From Ostreococcus lucimarinus (Eukaryota), in NCBI GenBank assembly GCA_000092065.1, contig CP000593.1: a DNA stretch of 64,000 nucleotides; one strand, 5' to 3'. The notes beneath the pieces are model-generated. The model was given only the letters and a program-made list of their open reading frames with translations. It had not been told where the DNA came from and did not search any database. This document shows, one piece after another, positions 38,177 through 45,368 of the stretch (positions are counted from its first letter, which is position 1; each line of letters begins with the position of its first letter). The position numbers were made by a program, and so were the translations under genes.

Positions 38177-41100
38177 TCACTTTTCCATCCTTGCCGCTCG
38201 TTTCTTTTTAGCCTTCTCTTCCTCTCGAGCGAGTTTCAACGACCTGGACGCGACGAAGCCTTCAAACGTCAAATCGCCCGTCTTCGCGATCGCCTCCTCG
38301 TCCGAATCGATGTCGTCGTCGGTGTCGTCTTGCGCGAGGATTTGCCTGCCATCGCGCCACTTTAACGTGGACTTTCGGTTGTCGATGCCGATGATCTTGG
38401 CCGTGACGTCGCGGCGAGTCTCGTCTTCTTCTTCTGACGAATATTCGGCCGTTTGCAAACGGTCGCCGGTGTCGGTGTCAAACAGCTCTCGACTTTGATC
38501 GTGGACGTTGCGAGCGACGAAAACATCGCTCCAAAATTGACGCCACACCGCATCGCCGGAGAGCGTACACGTGCGCTTATTGATGATGATCATCGCTTGC
38601 AAGATGAAACCGTATCGCTCGTCGATGGTGACGTTAATCTTCGGGGGCGTTCCTTTCCACTTTTTGACGTCGATGGGCTCGGTCCAGCCGTATTTCACCA
38701 CGCGACGGTTGTTCTCCTCCTTAAAAGCCGTCGACTCCACGTTGCGCGTCGCGATGAATCGCCGCCATCGCGACAAATGAATGGGTTTATTGAGTGTGAG
38801 CTTTTTCGTCTCCACGCTGCAATGCATGTAGGCCAAGTAGCGCATCAAATAAACAATTCCACCGCCCAACGCCGACCACGCGAGCATGTTCAAGATGAAC
38901 CAAACCGCGGGAACATTCACTATGTACGGCTGCACCGCTTCGACGGCCCATCGAATCTCGGTGAACGAAAGGTATTGCCCCGTGAATCGATCGAGAATGT
39001 CAAACGCGAGCGTCCCCGACAAAATCACTTGCGTCACCTCGAGCGTGGTGCTGTTGCGCGCCTGCGCTCGGAAAGCATCCTCTAAGTTTTTCGTCGTCCC
39101 TTCTATCGCCTCGTTGATGCGGAGCTTTCTTCGTGAGCCGATGACGGCGTTCATTTCTCGCAGAGACTCGAGATCGTTGACGCACGCCGCGATGACTTTT
39201 TCCAAGTCAACGGCGCGTCTTTGCAAGCGTTTCCACGACGGTTCCAACTGAAACAAGTCGTACAACACTTGCGACGCGCCGTCGCTCATATCCGCGCTCA
39301 ACTTTTCACGAGACGTGTCGACGTTTTCGAGCGACTCGAGCACGAACTGCTGAGTGGCGCTCAAGATCGTCACCGTCGTCGTGTGATCGGCGAGGCGCGA
39401 ACGAATGCGCGTTACGTTCGTCGGATCGATCTGATAGGTTTCAATCAACGCTCGCGTCTTCTTCAACTCGTCGTTCAGCGCGAAACAACTGCTGAAGACA
39501 CTTTTGATGAACAACGAGCGAGCTTGGAACGCTGAATATGTCGCGAGAAGCTTGTGATGACGTTCGGTGCGCGGACCAAAGACGACGACACCGCGTGAAC
39601 CAAAGACGATGACTTCTTGTTCGTTCAGGTCGTACGCGTAAAACGTCGCGCCGATGACTTGCTTGAGCTCGTTTTCGTTATCTTCACCATCCATGTACGC
39701 CGCGGCTTTCAGTTTTGGCGTCGCGCGCTCGGCGATGATGCACGTAAACTTGTCGCGATTGTCCGGCTCGCCCTTGTATGTGATGTTCAACATGGAGCGC
39801 TGACGCTCGGAAAATAAATTTCCCACCAGCGAGCTCGTGTCTTCGTGGACGTCGGAAAGTAAGCGCGCGAGTAAATCGACGCTGATATCGTTTCGAATTC
39901 GATCGGCGATGCCGTTGACGACGATGCCGTAAGTGATGGCGCCGTTTTCCCGAAAGTTGATGCCGAAAACCTCGATTTGCTGCTGCACCAAGTTACTCTT
40001 GGGCGCCCCGGTGGCGAGCAAGTCTGCCTCGACGTTTACGAATCGCGTTTCGTCGACGTCGAGGACTTTTAGCTCGGTTTTATTGTCGGCGTTGATCCCG
40101 ACCACCATGTTGAATTCGTCCTGCGTCGCGCTCGCTTCCGCGGTGAACATACCGCCCGCGACGCGGTCTCCCGTGCCGAGTTTTCTACAGAAAGAAACCA
40201 TTTCGTTCGATCCCATCGGCACGTATTCGGTGACGATGATTTTCACCGAGTCGAGCAAGATACTTTCACTCAGGCGCGGGTCGCGAATATCGCGACTACT
40301 TTGAACGGCGCCGCCGAGCACGCGTTTTGCCTTTTTGTGCCCGTTCAACGCGTTCGGTGTGAACGCATCGGAGCTCAGCATGTGCGGAGGGATGTACGGA
40401 GACGAGACGTACGGCACGTCTTCGACGTCCGTGATGGTGGAGCGGATGCGGACCCCGATCGAGGGGACGGTGAGGAAAAAATCCGAGGACTCGCGGTCGT
40501 ACCGCACCTCGAGGAGGTGACCAGCTTCGTGCACCAACGAATCTACCGACTGGCGCATCGCGCTCGTGAACCGTCCCGAGGCCGTCATCCTCTGCAAGAA
40601 TTCGCTCCCCTTCTTGGAAATCTTCAACAACGTCGAGTGATCGTACGTCTCGCTCGTCACCTTGAGCGCCGTGATGAAACCAAGCTCACGCAAATCGTCT
40701 AAATCGTCTCGTCCCTCTTCCGAGACGTTCAAATACCTCGGACACGCTCCAAATATCTTTTCTGATTTTGGCGCGTAATCGTAATCGAACACCGCGTTTC
40801 GCACGATGCCCTCGTACACGAGCACCAGGAGCGGCAGCTCGCGAATCCAGGGAGAACGTTTGTTGTTGTTGTTGTTGGAAACCGCAGACTTCGACTTCGA
40901 CTGTTTCTGAGACGCGTCGGTGTACAAACTCAGCATGTACAACAATTTCAACGCCTCGGGCGATTCCTCCATCTCCCGCTCGCGCGACTCGACTTCCCGC
41001 CGACGCCGAGTCGTGGACGAGGCGGAAGTGCTCGAGTCGGCGTCTGAAGCGCTCGAGTCCCGGGCGTCCCGGGCGTAGTGCGAAGAATCATCGTCATCAT

Positions 41101-41236
41101 CGTCATCGTCGACGCGAATCGTTGCGTCCGAATCCGAATCGTAGCCCTGCGGCGCCCCGCATTCCGCGCACGTCGCCGCGCCGCCGCGCACGACGGCCCG
41201 GCACGTCGCGCACCGCGTCGAATCCATCGTATCCAC
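38177..41236 (-). CDS. Large conserved-looking hypothetical protein (1019 aa) with N-terminal Cys4 zinc ribbon, acidic tracts and C-terminal hydrophobic segment
   Basis: It is a single long ORF with normal codon composition. CATCRAVVRGGAATCAECGAP is a CxxC...CxxC motif. D/S/E-rich linkers follow, and there is a predicted TM segment PAVWFILNMLAWSALGGGIVYLM. I could not assign it to a named family. Confidence 0.6.
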   Translation of the reverse strand: MDTMDSTRCATCRAVVRGGAATCAECGAPQGYDSDSDATIRVDDDDDDDDSSHYARDARDSSASDADSSTSASSTTRRRREVESREREMEESPEALKLLYMLSLYTDASQKQSKSKSAVSNNNNNKRSPWIRELPLLVLVYEGIVRNAVFDYDYAPKSEKIFGACPRYLNVSEEGRDDLDDLRELGFITALKVTSETYDHSTLLKISKKGSEFLQRMTASGRFTSAMRQSVDSLVHEAGHLLEVRYDRESSDFFLTVPSIGVRIRSTITDVEDVPYVSSPYIPPHMLSSDAFTPNALNGHKKAKRVLGGAVQSSRDIRDPRLSESILLDSVKIIVTEYVPMGSNEMVSFCRKLGTGDRVAGGMFTAEASATQDEFNMVVGINADNKTELKVLDVDETRFVNVEADLLATGAPKSNLVQQQIEVFGINFRENGAITYGIVVNGIADRIRNDISVDLLARLLSDVHEDTSSLVGNLFSERQRSMLNITYKGEPDNRDKFTCIIAERATPKLKAAAYMDGEDNENELKQVIGATFYAYDLNEQEVIVFGSRGVVVFGPRTERHHKLLATYSAFQARSLFIKSVFSSCFALNDELKKTRALIETYQIDPTNVTRIRSRLADHTTTVTILSATQQFVLESLENVDTSREKLSADMSDGASQVLYDLFQLEPSWKRLQRRAVDLEKVIAACVNDLESLREMNAVIGSRRKLRINEAIEGTTKNLEDAFRAQARNSTTLEVTQVILSGTLAFDILDRFTGQYLSFTEIRWAVEAVQPYIVNVPAVWFILNMLAWSALGGGIVYLMRYLAYMHCSVETKKLTLNKPIHLSRWRRFIATRNVESTAFKEENNRRVVKYGWTEPIDVKKWKGTPPKINVTIDERYGFILQAMIIINKRTCTLSGDAVWRQFWSDVFVARNVHDQSRELFDTDTGDRLQTAEYSSEEEDETRRDVTAKIIGIDNRKSTLKWRDGRQILAQDDTDDDIDSDEEAIAKTGDLTFEGFVASRSLKLAREEEKAKKKRAARMEK

Positions 41237-41463
41237 CGATGGATTCGACCGCGGAGTGACGACGAACGAACGAACGCGCGAAAACCACCGACGTCCTCGC
41301 CCGAGCCCTCAACCTGTAACATTCGCGATCGCGGATCGACGGCGTCAAGCCGCGAAGATCTGTCGCAAACCCACCATCGAGCGACGTATAATACCAATTA
41401 TTCGTCCACCTCGCCGAGTTAAGCCTCGAAATAAAGAGCATGGGCAGTCGAATGTCCGCGATG

Positions 41464-41577
41464 TTGTGCGTATGCATAAACAGTCTTCCTTAACTCAGCT
41501 GGTAGAGTGTCAGACTGTTAGGAAAAAGTCTCCGTCGAATATGACGGCTGCTCCGATAGAGATCTGGAAGCCGCGGG
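41464..41577 (+). tRNA. tRNA-Asn(GUU)-like sequence with a 41-nt insertion (intron-like) between positions 37 and 38; possibly a pseudo-tRNA or SINE head
   Basis: The cloverleaf can be drawn by hand. Acceptor TCTTCCT pairs with AGGAAGA and the discriminator is G. D-arm ACTC-AGCTGGTA-GAGT has G18G19 and an A-box-like TAACTCAGCTGG. The anticodon stem is TCAGA/TCTGG and the loop CTGTTA|A carries anticodon GTT. The T-arm GCGGG-ATCGAAA-CCCGC is B-box-like. T5 lies ~25 nt downstream. Unusual features are U1-A72 and A54. Confidence 0.4.
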
Positions 41578-41700
41578 ATCGAAACCCGCAGGAAGAGATG
41601 TGTCGACATCAAACCTTACTTTTTCCCATACCCGATTGTCCGTGATGGAAAAGCGACACGACAACACTGTGACTTTCGTCGTTTCGGGGTGACGGATAGT
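41464..41700 (+). mobile_element. tRNA-derived SINE-like repeat, copy 1 (full length with tRNA-like head)
   Basis: A ~222-nt body from gctggtagag to tatcgct is near-identical to 47434..47655. It ends in an A-rich tract (actttaaaaaatttatcgct) and is followed by T9 and a GC inverted repeat. Confidence 0.6.
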
Positions 41701-41840
41701 ACTTTAAAAAATTTATCGCTATGAGTAATAAAAATAAACTTTTTTTTTGAGTTGGGGCACCCCAACATGATAAAACCGCACATCGACGTTGATGTACCGC
41801 ATGTAAGATTTCTCCAGAACCAATCGTGTGAGTGAAGTGG

Positions 41841-42338
41841 TCAAGCCAAGCCGCGTAACTCATCTACCGTAAATTGATACTTGTCGAGACTGCGCTTCGA
41901 AGGCAGCGTGCCGCGCGCTCGGGCATTCTTGAGGCACGTCTTGCGCAGTATTCCTTTTGCGTGCTGCTTGTAATAATTGAGTTGTCTGTAGTTACCATCG
42001 CCGCCGTCCCGCTTCGGCGTATATTGAGCTCTGCTGTAGGCTGGACTCTCGTCCACGTTCTCGCGGCACGCGTGTTTCTGGCTGCGTCCAGCAGCTCGGG
42101 AGTTGAATAAGCCGTCACGCTTCTCTCTCATGTAGGCACCTTTACGTTGATGGAGCTCTCCAGCTGGAATGTCCTTTTCGAGAACTCTCACGTCCGCGTC
42201 GCCAAACGTGAAGATTGGATGTCGTGCGTATTTATGCGAGGCAAGGCGCGCTCTGAGCGAACCCGTCGTCGATCCGATGTACGTTTTGTTACATTTCGCA
42301 TTATCGCTAAACATTTCGTACACGCATCCCGACGGCAT
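41841..42338 (-). CDS. Free-standing GIY-YIG endonuclease-domain protein (homing-endonuclease/viral-like), located in a low-GC island
   Basis: MPSGCVYEMFSDNAKCNKTYIGSTTGSLRARLASHKY matches GIY-(x10)-YIG-ST..L..R...H. A downstream ...LFNS... supplies the conserved Asn region. The C-terminal 70 aa are basic. The ORF GC (~52%) is well below its neighbours (~68%). There is no RING, so it is not SLX1. Confidence 0.6.
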   Translation of the reverse strand: MPSGCVYEMFSDNAKCNKTYIGSTTGSLRARLASHKYARHPIFTFGDADVRVLEKDIPAGELHQRKGAYMREKRDGLFNSRAAGRSQKHACRENVDESPAYSRAQYTPKRDGGDGNYRQLNYYKQHAKGILRKTCLKNARARGTLPSKRSLDKYQFTVDELRGLA

Positions 42339-42521
42339 TTGTCCTGGTTACCTATCTATCCCTAAGAAAATATTGTTGCCAAAAGTGCCTCCTCCTGCGG
42401 TTTGCAGTCACATCCGAGAGACCATAGGTACGCGTATCGCTGCGTGGGCTGCAAGGTCCGGAATGTAGATACCGAACCGCCTGATTTCACACCTGGACGT
42501 TCGTGATCCGTCGAGACCTGA

Positions 42522-42710
42522 CGAAATGACGAACTTGTTTTGTCGTCCACAAATTCGTCAACCCGTCGTTCGGTGACACTTTGTGTGTACCAATGATGAA
42601 AATGACGAAATGTTAAAATATTTTAATGTTTATTTTTATTTTAGATCTATGACAAGCAACAGTGTGGACCTTTATGAAAACAGTTCGTCATTCGTCATTT
42701 CGTCAGGATC
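42522..42710. repeat. Inverted repeat pair (ctgacgaaatgacgaac ... gttcgtcat(tcgtcat)ttcgtcag) flanking an extremely AT-rich ~150-bp spacer, with a third direct copy (gaaaatgacgaaatg) inside
   Basis: The ~17-bp arms are reverse complements of each other, and the spacer is >75% A+T. Confidence 0.5.
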
Positions 42711-42772
42711 CAAACCATGGTCTTTTTGGTGTCTCGTTGAGTCTTCATATTGCAAATGTACGAATTACAAAA

Positions 42773-43069
42773 TTAGTATGAGCACCAGACGACCGCCGGC
42801 GCGAGCTCCGTCTCCCCTGTGTACCCATTGTCCTTCAGCCACTCGAAGCACCCGTCGCGGTGAATTTCCCAATAGACGCCCTTCTCGTCTCTACCTTGCC
42901 TCAGGTGGTCCTCTTCCATTGGGACCCTGTGGCCCTTTTCCTTCTTGAAGAAGTCCTTGAGCTTATTGCCGACCTTCGTCGCGCTATCTTGACCGCGCGC
43001 AGCCGCTGGCAACCACGTCTGGTATTCGATGAAGATGTCACTGTGTGCATAAAAATGACTTGCGCTCAC
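42773..43069 (-). CDS. Small ORF (98 aa) of unknown function downstream of ZNG1; it may be UTR rather than a gene
   Basis: The ORF opens with GTG and has no ATG until codon 51. Its composition is not GC-skewed (...GVYWEIHRDGCFEWLKDNGYTGE...). A TGTAA on this strand follows directly after its stop. Confidence 0.25.
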   Translation of the reverse strand: MSASHFYAHSDIFIEYQTWLPAAARGQDSATKVGNKLKDFFKKEKGHRVPMEEDHLRQGRDEKGVYWEIHRDGCFEWLKDNGYTGETELAPAVVWCSY

Positions 43070-43169
43070 ATCGGTGTGGGCTCACTATAAAGGACAAGCT
43101 TACATGTCGGAAGAGTTGCCCGAGTCCACATCTCCACCCTGTTCCGCTTCAGTGTCACCTAGAAAGACA

Positions 43170-44810
43170 TCAGACTAAGCCGTCGTTTTGAGAGGGCGCC
43201 GACTTTGCCTTTGGTTTTGCCTTCGACTTTGAAGTGGGTTGCGGCCTGATCTCCTCTTCGATCTCCTCGTCGTCGACCAAATCTTCGTCGATTTCTTCGT
43301 CGTCTTCGTCATCGACTTCGTCGTCTTCGTCTTCGTCGTCTTCGTCTAGAAAGACATCACCCATGACTGCTCTCCAGCCATCAGAACCCATTTCGAATTC
43401 TTCGTCGGTCAAGAGGCAAGAGTCCAACGTTGATTGAATTTCATCGTATTTAAGATCCTTGCCAATGAACACCAGTTCTTGTCGGCGATCACCATAAGGC
43501 CCCTCCCAGTCTTTACGAAGTTCTTGCTTTATCCCCTGTGAGCCGACCCAAGCATTTTTATTCAGCGCGGTCCATCGGCTTGATCCTTCGAGAGAGTAAA
43601 TATTACCAGCCTGACTGAAAACAATTATCAAGTCGTGGGCATCACTGAGCCACGTTACACCCTTCGAACGTAGCAGCACACCAATTTCACCTTCCCTTTT
43701 ACGGCGCTTGAGTTTCATCGCTTCTTGTCGCGCTCGAATATCTTTCACTGCACTCCAGTCTACACTTGGTGTCTCTTCATCTTTTTCTTCATCACGGTCA
43801 TCGGCCTCGAGGGAGCTGAAGAAGCGCTCGACAAATGAGCCTAAAAACCGTTTGGGATGAAAAGGTCTTCTGGCTCGGTAAATGAAAGACGTAATACCGA
43901 ACCGACTATCGTGACGTGTTTGGGAAGAACTTGGTGCAAGCGTGACCTCGCTTAAGGCTGTTTCTCTCATGCGAGCTCGCTTACAGCATGGAGACTCACC
44001 TTTGTCCCTAGCGCCGGCGCAGCATGACTTCACAGATGTTGCTTCTATCTCTTGTTCCCATGTTATGAAACCAGCAAAGTCATTCTCTTTGTAAAGTTTT
44101 GTATTGACGATTCGCGTAACGTCGATCGCGCCGTTCACAGCTTCAAGAATATCAGCACGTGAATTGAGAAGTTGTATCTGCGCTTTAATCTCGGCGAGTT
44201 GTTCGTCATCGACAGTGTCGACCTTGTTCAATACGACGACATTCGCGTACTCTATCTGTTCAGCCAACAATTGAGAGTAAGACTGCCTGTTCACAGCTGA
44301 CGCCCTGAAAGAATCAATCATGTCGAGAAAGTCACCTGCAGCGATGACCGTCACGCACGTATCCAGCCGCGCCAGTGTGCTCAAATGTTCATGCTCATCA
44401 ACGTGCGCAGCTTCATGATCGTGATCGTCCTCACAATTTGCGAAGAGTTTCGCAATTTCCGCCGGTTCCGACACTCCTGATGCCTCTACGATCATGTAGT
44501 CAAAATTGCCACTCTTGGCCATGTCCCCGATTTGTTTTACAAAGTCTCCGCTCAACGAACAGCACACGCATCCGTTCTGCATGGCAACCACCTCGTCGCT
44601 CTGCAGCAAAGCGGAATCATCGATTAATTTTTTGTCGATGTTCAACTCCGCGACGTCGTTCACGACGACGGCACACCGAAACTTTCCGTTCGCGTCTCGC
44701 TTAGCTTCGAGCACGCGTTTCAGAGTTGTCGTCTTCCCAGCGCCGAGGAACCCGCACAGCGTTGTCACCGGCAATCGATTATGATTGGCGATTGCGGCGG
44801 GTGTGGACAT
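43170..44810 (-). CDS. ZNG1: COG0523/CobW-family GTPase (ZNG1-like zinc metallochaperone) with acidic C-terminal tail
   Basis: PVTTLCGFLGAGKTTTLKRVL is the P-loop. The CxCC metal-binding motif is present in ...MQNGCVCCSLSGD.... A CobW_C domain and a D/E-rich tail follow. The ATG is at 44810. Confidence 0.85.
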   Translation of the reverse strand: MSTPAAIANHNRLPVTTLCGFLGAGKTTTLKRVLEAKRDANGKFRCAVVVNDVAELNIDKKLIDDSALLQSDEVVAMQNGCVCCSLSGDFVKQIGDMAKSGNFDYMIVEASGVSEPAEIAKLFANCEDDHDHEAAHVDEHEHLSTLARLDTCVTVIAAGDFLDMIDSFRASAVNRQSYSQLLAEQIEYANVVVLNKVDTVDDEQLAEIKAQIQLLNSRADILEAVNGAIDVTRIVNTKLYKENDFAGFITWEQEIEATSVKSCCAGARDKGESPCCKRARMRETALSEVTLAPSSSQTRHDSRFGITSFIYRARRPFHPKRFLGSFVERFFSSLEADDRDEEKDEETPSVDWSAVKDIRARQEAMKLKRRKREGEIGVLLRSKGVTWLSDAHDLIIVFSQAGNIYSLEGSSRWTALNKNAWVGSQGIKQELRKDWEGPYGDRRQELVFIGKDLKYDEIQSTLDSCLLTDEEFEMGSDGWRAVMGDVFLDEDDEDEDDEVDDEDDEEIDEDLVDDEEIEEEIRPQPTSKSKAKPKAKSAPSQNDGLV

Positions 44811-44867
44811 GATGTACGGCGATCGACGTCTCCGCGCGCGAACGAGCCGAAGAGGCGTCGCGAAGTG

Positions 44868-45142
44868 CGGCGATGCGCGCGCGTCGTGCACGTGTCGACG
44901 ATTCGCGTCGTGCACGTGTCGAGGATCGTCGTACGCGACGCCCCGCGAAGCCCATCACGGATCGCGTCGCGACGCGCGTCGTAAACATGTCGACACGCAT
45001 GTCGACATATTTACCCACGCGCGTGTACGCATTGAACCCCGTGATGCATCTATATACGAAAAACGTCTCGACGCACATGTCGACATATTTCGACATATCC
45101 AAGTACCACCGAGATGTGTCGACACTGCGGCGGATGTCGACA
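44868..45142. promoter_or_regulatory. Cluster of GTCGAC-centred palindromes (5x [A]TGTCGACA[T], plus a 2x 23-nt tandem cgtcgtgcacgtgtcga(c/g)g) in the ZNG1/ZIP bidirectional promoter
   Basis: ATGTCGACA occurs at ~44987, 45000, 45078, 45117 (as TGTGTCGACA) and 45135. Two copies extend to CATGTCGACATATTT. The tandem repeat with CACGTGTCGAC lies at ~44875-44925. Confidence 0.55.
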
Positions 45143-45368
45143 TTTTGTCGTTCGCGAGTCGTGACTTATAAACGACCGCCCTCCATCGCGCCGGTTCGGT
45201 TCGTATGCCGCTTTAGTTTGTGCGCAGCCGCACTTACCGACGCCGGCGAAGACGACGACGACGACGGAAACGATGACGAACGAAAACACGAAGAACACGA
45301 AGACGACGATGCCGCCGCGCGAACGCGCACGCGGTGCGAGGACGGTCGAGCGACGACGAGGGCGAACG

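Noticed and set aside
41609-41863. ORF 41609..41863 (minus, 84 aa) and the equivalent reading through repeat copy 2.
   Set aside because: It is the reverse-complement read-through of the tRNA-derived repeat. The identical ORF is recreated wherever the repeat occurs, so it is not a gene.
42773-43069. The 98-aa ORF as a confident gene or as a 3' exon of ZNG1.
   Set aside because: ZNG1 is already complete (CobW_C plus acidic tail, then a stop). The ORF starts on GTG with no early ATG. It is retained only as a low-confidence feature.
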